In this document: positions 47,078-57,033 of the stretch, piece by piece | Layout of the letters: every line of letters begins with the position of its first letter | How positions within the stretch are numbered: the first letter of the stretch is position 1 | Assembly (NCBI GenBank): GCA_041690295.1 | Contig: JAWLHR010000001.1 | Coordinates: forward strand, 256,001-320,000 | Length of the DNA: 64,000 bases | Source of the DNA: Bdellovibrionales bacterium | Lineage (GTDB): Bacteria > Bdellovibrionota > Bdellovibrionia > Bdellovibrionales > UBA1609 | Reading direction: 5' to 3' | Notes under the pieces: model-generated | What the model was told of the DNA's origin: nothing | The model's input: only the letters and a program-made list of their open reading frames with translations | Database searches by the model: none | Program-made: the position numbers and the translations under genes

Positions 47078-47977
47078 ATGAAAGCTATCCGTTCCAAAGC
47101 CATCCGCATAGGATCAATGGCGTTTGTTGTTGGAATCATCGCCGCTCAAACCCGTTGTGCCGATGATTCCGAATCTAAAACCTCGCCAAGCTCCTGTACG
47201 CAATCGACCGTACCGAAGAATTATGCGTGCACCACCAATTTCGCCTTGGGGATTCCCGATTGGATCAAGGATAATTTCACCTGCGTGCAAGTGACGGACG
47301 ATGGCACCAATTATGTCTTCGCGACCGAAGACGTGCCGTCTTACAACAGCATGTACTTCGGAACCTGCGACTCACGATATGAAGCCGCTCCGGGGACCAA
47401 CCGTGCCAATCCGAATCTGATCTCGATTCAAAACTACGTCATCAAAGTTCCCAAGAATCCGGAAGTCGCCGCTAATCCCACCGATGTTTCCCTGACAACC
47501 GTAGGTGTGGCCACGAACGGCATCGTTTACTTCGACAATATGGCCGCGCCACCCGACAACCTGGTCAATGAGCTGGCCACGATGGACGCAGGCAACGGAC
47601 ACCCCACGAACACCGGCACCTACCACTATCATGCCGAGCCCTATAAGCTGACCGACACCGATCCGGGCGCGTTCGTTGGTGTGGCCCGCGACGGTTTCCC
47701 TGTGTTCGGCCCCAAAGAAGCCGACGGTACAACGAATCCGCAATACGTGGGCGGCGCGAACTGCAACCCAACAAAGGTTAACGAAAGGATGGCCGGCACC
47801 AACGACGATGCACCAGACAACTGCCAGCCACTGGCGATTTCAAACTTCCATTGTCATGAAATCGCGGGAGCCACCTTCTTCCCTGATATCTACACTTGCC
47901 ACTATCATGTCGATAATGGACCGACTTATATGTTGGATAAATTCGCGGGCACTCCGGGAAGTTTCACAAACAATTGA
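47078..47977 (+). CDS. YHYH-domain protein (probable lipoprotein)
   Basis: GVATNG, GHP...YHYH, GVARDGFPVFGP, CHYH. Confidence 0.85.
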   Translation: MKAIRSKAIRIGSMAFVVGIIAAQTRCADDSESKTSPSSCTQSTVPKNYACTTNFALGIPDWIKDNFTCVQVTDDGTNYVFATEDVPSYNSMYFGTCDSRYEAAPGTNRANPNLISIQNYVIKVPKNPEVAANPTDVSLTTVGVATNGIVYFDNMAAPPDNLVNELATMDAGNGHPTNTGTYHYHAEPYKLTDTDPGAFVGVARDGFPVFGPKEADGTTNPQYVGGANCNPTKVNERMAGTNDDAPDNCQPLAISNFHCHEIAGATFFPDIYTCHYHVDNGPTYMLDKFAGTPGSFTNN

Positions 47978-48546
47978 TGATTAAAAAATTTGTCATTCTC
48001 CTGCTTTTCATCGGTACGACGTCAGCGTCGTACCGATTCGCCTTGAACGAACGAATGATTGAGGCCACTGATTCCCGGCTTTCACTTTCGCCATCGGGTG
48101 ATCGACTCTTTAAGAATAAACCATTCGATGGAACTCTCATCTATCGCCGGTCGGACGGATCCGTTTGGAGAAAAGAAGGTTACCTCAATGGAAGAAAACA
48201 CGGCGAGCACATCAGCTGGTTTCCTAACGGCAAGATCGAAGCGAAACGCCAATACAAGAACGGAATAAAAATCGGAACGCACGAAGGCTGGTATCCTAAC
48301 GGCCAAAAACGTTTTGAAAGCCGGCATGAAAACGGCGTTTATCACGGCATCTTTCAATCCTGGTATGACAACGGACAATTGTTCGAGTTCATAAAGTATG
48401 ATCGTGGAGAAGAGGTTCACCACAAAAAATGGCGCCGCACCGGACAAATCTACGCGAATTACATTTGGCGCGACGGCCGAACTTACGGCCTTAAAGGAGA
48501 TAAAGCCTGCTTCAAAACGACGGGAGATGGAATTGCGAAGAATTAG
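47974..48546 (+). CDS. MORN-variant repeat (YwqK-like) protein
   Basis: Repeats WFPNGKI, WYPNGQK, WYDNGQL. Confidence 0.85.
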   Translation: MMIKKFVILLLFIGTTSASYRFALNERMIEATDSRLSLSPSGDRLFKNKPFDGTLIYRRSDGSVWRKEGYLNGRKHGEHISWFPNGKIEAKRQYKNGIKIGTHEGWYPNGQKRFESRHENGVYHGIFQSWYDNGQLFEFIKYDRGEEVHHKKWRRTGQIYANYIWRDGRTYGLKGDKACFKTTGDGIAKN

Positions 48547-49165
48547 TTGGCTCTTGAGCGTTTTCTACAGTTCTTCACTCTTTGCCAGTGTCAGCCCTCT
48601 GCCCTTTTTCACCGCCCATGATTTCACTCCGGTTTTCGAAATAAAGGAAACGCGGGAAGAATTCGCCAAGGTTTCCGCTTTCCAATTCATCAATCAAAAT
48701 AACCAACCTGTGACCGATGAAAAGCTGAGCGGAAAAATCAGTATTGTGAACTTCTTTTTCACGCAATGTAACGGCATTTGCCCCACACTGATGTCGAATC
48801 TCAGGAACTTGCATGAGAAAGTGAAAAATTCGCGAGACGTGCAGATGCTGTCGTTTTCCATCACTCCAACTCATGACACGCCTGAAAAACTCCGTGAATT
48901 CGCAAAAACTCGCCGCATAGATCTCATGCGATGGGACTTGATCACTGGTGACCAACAAAACGTGCTTGAGTTCGCAAAGAAAGTTTTCAAGGCTGATAAA
49001 GCCACCAACGACAAATCGCCCGATCAGTTTGTACATTCAGACACAGTGTTCTTGATTGACGGTTCAAATCACATTCGGGGCATTTACCGAGGACAGAAGC
49101 CAAGCTCACTGCAAGATCTGGTGAAGGACATTCAGCGTCTGCGCTTGGAGCTGCGCGGCTCGTGA
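48527..49165 (+). CDS. SCO1/SenC family copper chaperone
   Basis: FFFTQCNGICP (CxxxC), DTPEKL, HSDTVFLID. Confidence 0.92.
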   Translation: MELRRISWLLSVFYSSSLFASVSPLPFFTAHDFTPVFEIKETREEFAKVSAFQFINQNNQPVTDEKLSGKISIVNFFFTQCNGICPTLMSNLRNLHEKVKNSRDVQMLSFSITPTHDTPEKLREFAKTRRIDLMRWDLITGDQQNVLEFAKKVFKADKATNDKSPDQFVHSDTVFLIDGSNHIRGIYRGQKPSSLQDLVKDIQRLRLELRGS

Positions 49166-49222
49166 AATCATCTCCATTAAAATAAACAAAAGTAATCACA
49201 CTGAGGCTTGAGACACGCGGGG

Positions 49223-49251
49223 TTGTCAAACGTGCGCCTTTCTGCTATTCT
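49223..49251 (+). promoter_or_regulatory. Putative sigma70 promoter
   Basis: TTGTCA-N17-TATTCT with extended -10 TG. Confidence 0.5.
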
Positions 49252-49389
49252 ATAATGGTCGCTTTGACACCATAAGCGCTCCAAAACGAGCCGCTTTCTA
49301 AAAACAATCCTTCAGAGAGAGTGGAGGTATCGGTAATCAATCCGGCGCGCGTTTCGCGTCGTTTAATTCTACGTGATCGGAGGTGACGG

Positions 49390-50658
49390 ATGAAAAATCA
49401 GAAAATCACGGAACGCGCTTTGATCGTGGGATACAATGGCGGCGTCGGTCAGGCGGTCCTCTCACTTCTGCAACACAGTCAGCCCGGCCGCCAGTTGCGC
49501 GACCGTTTTGAAACGATATTTCTCTTGGACAAAAATCCGGCGGCCTCAGTCGACCTTGCCAACGCGAAAATTTTGGAGCCGATGGTCATCGATAGCGCGG
49601 AAACGCTAGCTCGATTGATCCGGACACATGGAATCACCCAAGTCGTAGATTTTTCCTCCATCGACACTGTTGATTGCGCCAGCGTTTGTGATCGGGAAGG
49701 TGCTGATTTTCTTTGTACCAGTGTTGAAGAATGGCCGGGACATGGAACCATGCCGACTGACGAAGCGATCGCGCGTTTATTTCCTCCCCGCCGGCCCGAA
49801 CTGAAGCAGCGGAGTCATTTAATCGGAAGCGGTGCCAATCCAGGTATTGTGAACGCAATGGTATACGCGGCCCTTGAGGAATTCGCCCGCCGAACCGGCG
49901 CGCAACCGACGACGGAAGACCTTGATTTACACTCGATCCTCATTACCGAAGTGGATACGACCACTGAAATCGGCGCGAAATACCCAGATAACGTATTCGC
50001 CATCACCTGGAGCCCCGCGCACTGTCTGGAAGAGCTTTTTGAGCGACGATCATTTTCCGTGCGAAACGGCCGCTCGATCGACCTTGGCCATCGCCCCATT
50101 GAATGTTGGTATCAAGCGCGTTGCGGGGATCAGCTGATTGAGGGTATGGCTGTGCCGCACGAAGAAACCGTCACTTTGGCGCGAAAATTTTCAAACGTGG
50201 AGATCGCGTTTATTTACCGCGTGCCCGAAGCCGCGCGCGTCGCGCTAGGCGCCCGCTCATATCGAGTCCCTATTGAAAAATGGCCGACCCGCCGACTGCA
50301 TCCGCCGACCACTTCCAAGATCGAGGGCTTTGATCGCGTCGGCGTGCTCCTTTGCAGCCGCAAATACGGCGAGCTTTGGATGGGGTTTGAAACCAATGTT
50401 TCAAAGGGACTGGAGCTGGGCACCAACGCCACTCAACTTCAGGTCGCCGCCGGCGTTCTTGCAGGTTGGCACCAACTTGGTCGGGTGAAGGGCATTCATT
50501 TCGTGGAAGATCTCGACTGGCGTGAGTTTCTCGAGATCTCCGCCGAGGTGCTCGGCTCCCCGATCGTGGTGCATGACCCAGACGCGCCGTACCTCCCGTT
50601 GTCCGAACGGGCTCAAAGCCGCTCTGGCGCGCAGCCCGTCGCCATCGGCGCGAAATAA
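49390..50658 (+). CDS. Homospermidine synthase / saccharopine dehydrogenase-like oxidoreductase
   Basis: Rossmann GYNGGVG, SVEEW, GSGANPGIV, TWS, HEE, NATQLQVAAG. Confidence 0.78.
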   Translation: MKNQKITERALIVGYNGGVGQAVLSLLQHSQPGRQLRDRFETIFLLDKNPAASVDLANAKILEPMVIDSAETLARLIRTHGITQVVDFSSIDTVDCASVCDREGADFLCTSVEEWPGHGTMPTDEAIARLFPPRRPELKQRSHLIGSGANPGIVNAMVYAALEEFARRTGAQPTTEDLDLHSILITEVDTTTEIGAKYPDNVFAITWSPAHCLEELFERRSFSVRNGRSIDLGHRPIECWYQARCGDQLIEGMAVPHEETVTLARKFSNVEIAFIYRVPEAARVALGARSYRVPIEKWPTRRLHPPTTSKIEGFDRVGVLLCSRKYGELWMGFETNVSKGLELGTNATQLQVAAGVLAGWHQLGRVKGIHFVEDLDWREFLEISAEVLGSPIVVHDPDAPYLPLSERAQSRSGAQPVAIGAK

Positions 50659-50822
50659 CGCGGGCTTTTTTCCGCTTTACTCCTGTCCGTAAAAAATTCC
50701 GGCCAAGGTCCGATTCTGGACCTTGACAAAATTTTCGCCGGAATCATTTTTCGCCTTAGAAATCAGGGAAACGACATAACCCTTTTCATTTAAGAGAAAT
50801 TTTGAATGAGGAGGTGTTACTG

Positions 50823-51224
50823 ATGTTTTTCGATGATCTTTTTCTCGCCTTCCATGGGTTTCAACCCTCGGATATCACCCGCTCATATTTGCACGATAAA
50901 ATGAACGCGCTTCAGAATGAGGCGCCCTACGGTTCAAATTTAAAAGCGACGTTCACCAGACGGGATAACCTCTATCAAGGTGTGATCACCATTTATTCTT
51001 CCGCGGGAAGATTCTTCGCCGCGGCCTCCGGGGAAAAAATAAAAGAGGTGACCCGCAAGTTGATTGAGCAGATCAGAACGCAACTCAATCGTTGGAAAAA
51101 GCAGAGGTTTCATTGTGAGTATTTTGACTTTACTCCGTTTGGTGGCCGACCCGACTTGACAGATGATTCCGCGACTACAGATTTAGGGTGTAACCAACAA
51201 ACCTTTAAGGAGGTAAGACAATGA
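50823..51224 (+). CDS. HPF/RaiA-like small protein, paralog of 38106-38399
   Basis: FHGFQP...LKATF...YQGVITIYSSA...WKKQRF; GAGGAGG RBS. Confidence 0.65.
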   Translation: MFFDDLFLAFHGFQPSDITRSYLHDKMNALQNEAPYGSNLKATFTRRDNLYQGVITIYSSAGRFFAAASGEKIKEVTRKLIEQIRTQLNRWKKQRFHCEYFDFTPFGGRPDLTDDSATTDLGCNQQTFKEVRQ

Positions 51225-51754
51225 GAATGTTAACGCCGTTTTGGTCAACTCGCAGTCTCGCTTCCGATCTCTTCGATGAAATGGACCGCTTCTTTGACGA
51301 ATGGAACTTCGCGAATTCACCGGCGAGAGAGCTTGATGGCCGATCCATCTTGCCCGCGTTCGAGACGACGGAAGCCGACGACCACTTTCTGATGAGCGTG
51401 GATCTGCCTGGCGTAAAGAAAGAGGACATCAAAATTGAAGTGACCGACAACGTCCTCACCGTTTCAGGCGAACGCAAACGTGAAGTCGCCGAGAAAGGCC
51501 AGACCGTTCAGAAGTTCGGCAAGGCTTACGGCTACTTCAAACGGAGCTTCACACTTCCCGCTTCGGTGGATTCGGAAAAGGTTGAAGCCCGGTACGAAGA
51601 TGGGGTTCTTGAGGTTTACTTGCCCAAGACCCAGGCCGCGAAAACCCGGCAAATCGAAATTCAGTCGGGTAAAGGCGGAATTTTTGGAAAGCTTTTGGGT
51701 TCAAGAAAAAACAATCAAGAACTCAAAGACGTCTCGTCACCTAAGGTCTCTTAA
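51221..51754 (+). CDS. Hsp20/alpha-crystallin small heat shock protein
   Basis: DLPGVKKEDIKIEV, FKRSFTLP, ARYEDGVLEVYLPK. Confidence 0.93.
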   Translation: MRMLTPFWSTRSLASDLFDEMDRFFDEWNFANSPARELDGRSILPAFETTEADDHFLMSVDLPGVKKEDIKIEVTDNVLTVSGERKREVAEKGQTVQKFGKAYGYFKRSFTLPASVDSEKVEARYEDGVLEVYLPKTQAAKTRQIEIQSGKGGIFGKLLGSRKNNQELKDVSSPKVS

Positions 51755-51778
51755 CACCCTCCGAACCCTACCCACCTT

Positions 51779-51817
51779 TAACCCTGCGGAATCCCCCTCC
51801 GCAGGGTTTCGTTTTTT
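51779..51817 (+). terminator. Rho-independent terminator
   Basis: AACCCTGCGGA-loop-TCCGCAGGGTT followed by a T-rich tract. Confidence 0.85.
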
Positions 51818-51884
51818 CAATTCTCAATTTTGCACAAGCCATATGAGATCGAAGTCCACCTGAACACTGGCCACGGATTCTTCC

Positions 51885-52982
51885 TCATTCGTTTGTCATT
51901 AGGACCTTCAGGACATTCTCTTTCATCGCATCACCAAACACATCATAGGCCTTCATCGTCTCCGCCAGGTTGAAGTGGTGGGTGATCAATGATTTGGGTT
52001 GAATTTTTCCCGCTTGCACCACCTTCAACAGGAGCGGGATGGTTTCGGTATCCACCAAGCGAGTGGTCATTGTAATGTTCTTGGACCAAAGATCCCGCAG
52101 TTTAAGTTCAACACTTGTTCCGTGAACACCAATGTTCGCGATGTGGCCTCCTGGAGCCACGATCTGTTGGCAATAATCAAATGTTTCCGGCACTCCAACG
52201 GCCTCGATGGCCACATCCACACCTCGTCCATTGGTGATGGATCGGATTCTTTCAACGATGTTTCCCTGGCGACTGTTCAAAGTCGCCGTGGCTCCCAATT
52301 TCTTGGCCACACCTAACCGGTAATCATCAATGTCAGCCATGATGATCTCGGCCGGTGAATAAAACTGGCAGGTCAACAATGCGGCAAGGCCGATCGGGCC
52401 GGCTCCGATGATCGCCACGGTATCGCCAGGCTTCACCCTTCCATTCAAAACGCCGCATTCATAACCGGTCGGTAAGATATCACTCAACATCGTTAGGGCT
52501 TCTTCATCCGCTCCAATGGGTACGTGATAGAGACTCGTATCGGCGTAGGGAATTCTCACGTATTCAGCTTGAGTCCCGTCGATGAGATGGCCCAAAAGCC
52601 AGCCGCCATTTTCGCATTGGGAATACATCGCCCGCCGGCAATATTCGCAGCGCCCATCAGCGGTGATACACGAGATCAGCACTCGGTCTCCCACTTTGAA
52701 ATTAAATACCGCATCACCGACTTCCTCAACGATCCCGACACCCTCATGACCTAAAACAGTGCCAGGTTTCACATCGGAGACGTCACCCTTCATGATGTGA
52801 AGATCCGTGCCACAGATGGTTGTTTTCACTACTTTAAGAACCGCATCCGTCGGTTGTTGAATCGTCGGCTTCGGCTTCTTTTTCCAGCTTCTCTTTCCTG
52901 GCCCGTCATAAACAAGTGCCCACATCTCTTCATGAGTTTGAGACCTGACCGTATCAGTTGTTTGAACTTTCTCGTGCTGCAT
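51885..52982 (-). CDS. Zinc-dependent alcohol dehydrogenase (MDR)
   Basis: ICGTDLH, GHEGVG, GAGPIG, SDILPTG. Confidence 0.93.
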   Translation of the reverse strand: MQHEKVQTTDTVRSQTHEEMWALVYDGPGKRSWKKKPKPTIQQPTDAVLKVVKTTICGTDLHIMKGDVSDVKPGTVLGHEGVGIVEEVGDAVFNFKVGDRVLISCITADGRCEYCRRAMYSQCENGGWLLGHLIDGTQAEYVRIPYADTSLYHVPIGADEEALTMLSDILPTGYECGVLNGRVKPGDTVAIIGAGPIGLAALLTCQFYSPAEIIMADIDDYRLGVAKKLGATATLNSRQGNIVERIRSITNGRGVDVAIEAVGVPETFDYCQQIVAPGGHIANIGVHGTSVELKLRDLWSKNITMTTRLVDTETIPLLLKVVQAGKIQPKSLITHHFNLAETMKAYDVFGDAMKENVLKVLMTNE

Positions 52983-53046
52983 AGTTACCTCACTATTTGG
53001 AGCTTAAGGTAGCAATGCCAGTGCCAATCCTGTTATATGCTGACTC

Positions 53047-53964
53047 ATGTCTGAGCAGGTTTTCTCGCTCGATAGAATTCAATGGCCCTTCCGTCTTGAT
53101 CTCACGGCCTGGGCTCTTCGCCGCAAAGCTGTAAACGAAGTTGATCAATGGGACGGAGAAACTTACTCCAGGGTCATTGTTGAACGCGACGAACCGGTCA
53201 TGATCAAAATCACCCAATCCGAAAACCGACTTCAAGTTAAGGCGATCAGCGATGGTAAAATCAAAAATATAAAATCCAAAATCGGTCCTATCGTCGAACG
53301 TATGCTTGGATTGAATGTCGATCTTCGAAAATTCTACCGGCTGGCGAAAAACGACGAGAAGCTCAGCGCGCTCACATCCCGTTTTCTGGGATTAAAGCCT
53401 CCTCGCTTCCCAAGCGTTTTTGAGGCGATTGTCAATGGGATCGCCTGCCAGCAACTGAGTCTCCATGTCGGCCTCATCCTTTTAAACCGCCTGGCCACCA
53501 AATGCGGTCTTGCGATCGAAAACTCCCAACACTCTTTTCCCCGGCCGGAATGCCTCAAACACCTCTCACCCGCGCAATTTCGTAAGCTCGGTTTCAGCCA
53601 TAGCAAAGCCTTGGCGATCAAAAACCTCGCGCGCGTTTATGATCACTCCCTCAAGCCAGACCGCCTTGAGGAACTGAATGACGACAAGGCCCTTGTTCGA
53701 CTTGAACAGCTCAGAGGTGTCGGCCGATGGACCGCGGAATATGTTCTTCTTCGGGGATTGGGCCGCCTGAATGTTTTTCCCGGCGATGATGTCGGCGCAC
53801 GATCCAAGCTCAAACGCTGGCTTGGTCTAAGAAAGGATTTGGACTATATACGTGTTAAGAAGGTTCTTGAGCGATGGCAACCGTTCGCCGGCCTTATCTA
53901 CTTTCACCTCCTGCTCGATGGCCTGGAAAAGGAGGGCTATCTGAATTCCCCGCCCGATAAGTAG
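53047..53964 (+). CDS. alkA: DNA-3-methyladenine glycosylase II (HhH-GPD)
   Basis: IACQQLS, LRGVGRWTAEY, FPGDD, WQPF. Confidence 0.88.
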   Translation: MSEQVFSLDRIQWPFRLDLTAWALRRKAVNEVDQWDGETYSRVIVERDEPVMIKITQSENRLQVKAISDGKIKNIKSKIGPIVERMLGLNVDLRKFYRLAKNDEKLSALTSRFLGLKPPRFPSVFEAIVNGIACQQLSLHVGLILLNRLATKCGLAIENSQHSFPRPECLKHLSPAQFRKLGFSHSKALAIKNLARVYDHSLKPDRLEELNDDKALVRLEQLRGVGRWTAEYVLLRGLGRLNVFPGDDVGARSKLKRWLGLRKDLDYIRVKKVLERWQPFAGLIYFHLLLDGLEKEGYLNSPPDK

Positions 53965-54094
53965 CTTTTATAAAACGAAACAAAGGCCTTTTCGGTATAA
54001 GTGAGTTTCTTGGAAAGGGGCAGGGCCAGCGTGATTTGATTCATCAGCGGTTTCTTATCAGTCGCAATCTACAGAGATTTGTCTTTCGCAACGC

Positions 54095-54826
54095 TCATAC
54101 AAAAGAAAATTCTCCTAACGCAAGCATCAGCGAATACCTAGACACATCAACGGATGGCGAGAATGCGGTATCGATCTCCGATTGTCGAAGGTGTGTACGG
54201 TATAAAGTTCTTAGGTCTTCCTTCAATCGTTCTGCATTTTGGGGAGGCAGTCTCAACAAACTAATCTTGATTTCCTTAAAGTCATCGCCAGAAGAAGAGC
54301 TTTGGAGCTTATCTAGAAAGGTATGCGCAAGTTTGTAGGTAATTTGTGACTTGAGAATCCCCTCGGTTGCAATATTTAAAAGGCGGCCATGGATTAGCTC
54401 GACTCGATTTCCTTCGTGAAGACGAATCAAATCAACATCGTCTAAAGCCTTCAAATACTTCCAAAGCCGGTCTTTTTCGATTCTGAAGTCGGCATTCGCT
54501 TTTTGTACATCACCGTTTTCCTCAGAAAGCCTTAGAAAGAAAACGAACAATTCCGGATTCTTGAGAAATAACATCTGCTGCTTTGGGTTTGGTTTAAGCT
54601 CTCGAATTGGTCTCGATTTGGCGGCGTCGATTACACTATCAACCGATACACCCAGGACTTCGCAAATCTTTGAAAGGCGATTGAATGAAATGTCTGAGGC
54701 TTGAAACTGTTTCTTTATTGCGGCCTCTGTGAGCCCAAGGCGCTGGCCTAATTTCTTGTAGGTAATTTTCTGCTTTTTCAACGCTGCTTTAAGAGTGCGT
54801 AAAATGAGAAGGCTATTCACTATCAC
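54095..54826 (-). CDS. XRE-family HTH transcriptional regulator
   Basis: LKKQKITYKKLGQRLGLTEAAIKKQF...RLSKICEVLGV. Confidence 0.85.
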   Translation of the reverse strand: MIVNSLLILRTLKAALKKQKITYKKLGQRLGLTEAAIKKQFQASDISFNRLSKICEVLGVSVDSVIDAAKSRPIRELKPNPKQQMLFLKNPELFVFFLRLSEENGDVQKANADFRIEKDRLWKYLKALDDVDLIRLHEGNRVELIHGRLLNIATEGILKSQITYKLAHTFLDKLQSSSSGDDFKEIKISLLRLPPQNAERLKEDLRTLYRTHLRQSEIDTAFSPSVDVSRYSLMLALGEFSFV

Positions 54827-54929
54827 CTCTATTAAATCACTTGAGATAAATTTGGTAATCTTTCCTAATCGAAATAGACAATGTTTTCAACATTGGGATA
54901 ACGATATTATCCAATTTAGGGAGGGTTAT

Positions 54930-55436
54930 ATGGTTTGGATACTTCCAATCTTCGGTATATTGATTTCTGTGATTTGCATGGCTCAACCAAACGTTCGTAG
55001 TGGCACCGGTCCACTAAAGCCAACATGTGAGCAGGACGGCGTAGTTACATACTGCCCGCCATACGATGTTGCTGTGATGGCTATGACTGGCTTCGAGCAG
55101 TGGAACTGCTTAAATCAGCTAGAGCAACATTCAGCTTCACCAGACAGCGCAGACCTTCGAAATTGTTTTCTACAACCGAGATTAATCGATTACTTCGATC
55201 AACTAGAGTTAATGCGTGTGCCTAAGAGCTGCCTTCACCGGAAGGTTGAAGACTGCTCGAAAACTGGATCCGATGGTTCCTGCAGTCCAGCTCCGTGCGG
55301 ATTTTTGGGGAATTTTTTGAGTGATTTAAGGGAAAGAGGCTGGGACAGGCTCTTCACAGAACAGGACGGAAAAAATGCCTGTGAGACCCTGATCAGACGA
55401 GAGCAGCGCGGAGCTTCGAACGCGGGAAGCATTTGA
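54930..55436 (+). CDS. Secreted Cys-rich hypothetical protein
   Basis: GGAGG RBS, signal peptide, many Cys; divergent from the XRE gene. Confidence 0.6.
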   Translation: MVWILPIFGILISVICMAQPNVRSGTGPLKPTCEQDGVVTYCPPYDVAVMAMTGFEQWNCLNQLEQHSASPDSADLRNCFLQPRLIDYFDQLELMRVPKSCLHRKVEDCSKTGSDGSCSPAPCGFLGNFLSDLRERGWDRLFTEQDGKNACETLIRREQRGASNAGSI

Positions 55437-55737
55437 GAAGCAAAAAAGAAGCATACTCACGAAATTTTGCGAAATTCGGTGAAAGATTCGGCCAGCGGTC
55501 CTCAGACCCTGGTTTGTGGTTTCAACTACTTGTCTTGATTGCTCTTCTTGACGACTGGCTTCGGTGGCCTAACGAATAATGGCGGGCACGGATAGATGAC
55601 TTTATAACCGAGTGCCTCGCCTTGGCTGGTTAGTAGCGATATAATTGAGTTCGAGCCAAGGACGACGAAACAGTATCGAACCATCGAGCAACTTTGAATT
55701 CGACCGAGATGGTGCGATTCGCTCAAAGGTAGGAAAA

Positions 55738-56835
55738 ATGGCAACCTTCGGTCCAGAAGAGTTTGGGACAAAAAGCGGAAGATGCGTGGTCTTTCGCCAT
55801 TGCGAAGTTGAGGACGTCGACGCATTTCTCGCTTTCCAACCCCAAGTCGCCGCAGAGACCTCGAATACTCTTCAGGTAGTAGGGCGCATCCCCGAGCGAG
55901 CCAAGATCGAGGCGGCGTGGCAGACCTCGATCCAAGATCCGATTGCCCTTCGAATCGGGGTTTTCGCCGAAAATCGGATGGTGGCACAACTCGGATTTCA
56001 TCCGGAAGGGCAACCCCCTCACCCCTGGACCCGGCATATTGGGCGGTTCGGGATGATGATCCTGAAAGAATATTGGGGCGAAGGTATTGGTCGTAGATTG
56101 CTGGAGATTATGGAAGCACACGCAAAGAACTGTGGCATCACTCGTATTGAGGCGATGGTTCGAACCCAGAACGATCGTGGCGTGAAGCTGTATAGAAGGA
56201 TGGGCTATCAAATCGAAGGTACACGGAGGCAAGCCGCGCTGATCGAAGGGACGTTTCAGGATGAATATTTCATCTCCAAATTGCTAGATGCCGCCAATGA
56301 ATGGCGTCCGCCATGTCTTGAGACGGACCGACTGATCCTTCGCGCGCTGGAGCTTCCCGATGCGCCCGCCATTTTTGAATACGCCAGTAACCCTAGGGTG
56401 AGGCAGTACACGCTGTGGGAGCCTCATCAAACAGTCAAAGATTCTGAGTCCTATGTGCTGGACTACGCTCATGACTACTATCGAGATCACACTCCCGAGC
56501 CCTGGGGTATCGCTCTGAAATCAGATCCCAAAAAGATCATCGGCACTGTTGGACTTTTCTGGGTGTCGAAAAACGCGAAATCCATGGAGCTAGCCTACGC
56601 GATTGGCGAACCCCATTGGGGAAAGGGAATCGTGGTCGAAGCCTCCCGCGCTGCCATCGAGTATGTTCAGCGGGAATTCGGTGCCATTCGAATCCAAGCC
56701 CGGTGCAAAGTCGAGAATCGCGCGAGTGCCCGAGTGATGGAAAAGCTTGGTATGCAGCATGAAGGAACACTTAAATCCGCGCTCTTTCACCGTGGACGGC
56801 ATTGGGACATGCATTACTACGCTATTGTTCGATAA
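55738..56835 (+). CDS. Tandem GNAT acetyltransferase (C-terminal RimJ/RimL-like)
   Basis: YWGEGIGRRLL and HWGKGIVVEA CoA motifs; LETDRLILR. Confidence 0.9.
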   Translation: MATFGPEEFGTKSGRCVVFRHCEVEDVDAFLAFQPQVAAETSNTLQVVGRIPERAKIEAAWQTSIQDPIALRIGVFAENRMVAQLGFHPEGQPPHPWTRHIGRFGMMILKEYWGEGIGRRLLEIMEAHAKNCGITRIEAMVRTQNDRGVKLYRRMGYQIEGTRRQAALIEGTFQDEYFISKLLDAANEWRPPCLETDRLILRALELPDAPAIFEYASNPRVRQYTLWEPHQTVKDSESYVLDYAHDYYRDHTPEPWGIALKSDPKKIIGTVGLFWVSKNAKSMELAYAIGEPHWGKGIVVEASRAAIEYVQREFGAIRIQARCKVENRASARVMEKLGMQHEGTLKSALFHRGRHWDMHYYAIVR

Positions 56836-56857
56836 GAGTCTAAAGACAGATCAAAAT

Positions 56858-56948
56858 TGGCGGAGAGGGTGAGATTCGAACTCACGAGACTGTTTTGCAG
56901 TCTACTCGATTTCGAATCGAGCGCCTTCGGCCACTCGGCCACCTCTCC
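56858..56948 (-). tRNA. tRNA-Ser(CGA)
   Basis: GGAGAGG acceptor stem, CTCGA-TTCGAAA-TCGAG anticodon arm, long variable arm, GTTCGAATC, encoded CCA. Confidence 0.96.
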
Positions 56949-57033
56949 GTCTCTGAGATCTTAAAGGTTCTGATAGCATCAAATTGCCTGCCGCGACAAT
57001 TCTAAAATGCGATGCAGCGACAGGCGGTTACCC

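Noticed and set aside
47974..48546. Toxin-antitoxin module (YwqK label)
   Set aside because: There is no adjacent toxin and the neighbours are metal-related; these are simply MORN-like repeats.
49200..49215. Additional TTGAGAC sites (here, 34970 and about 38932)
   Set aside because: Half-sites only, so they were not counted as palindrome copies.
49305..49380. SAM-I riboswitch resemblance (CAGAGAGAGTGGAGG)
   Set aside because: The downstream SAM-I elements (GCAACC, GGTGC, AGATG) are absent.
50660..51220. CIRCE element upstream of Hsp20
   Set aside because: No TTAGCACTC-N9-GAGTGCTAA was found.
56858..56880. tRNA-Ser as att site of an integrated element
   Set aside because: I saw no duplicated tRNA 3' end and no integrase in the window.
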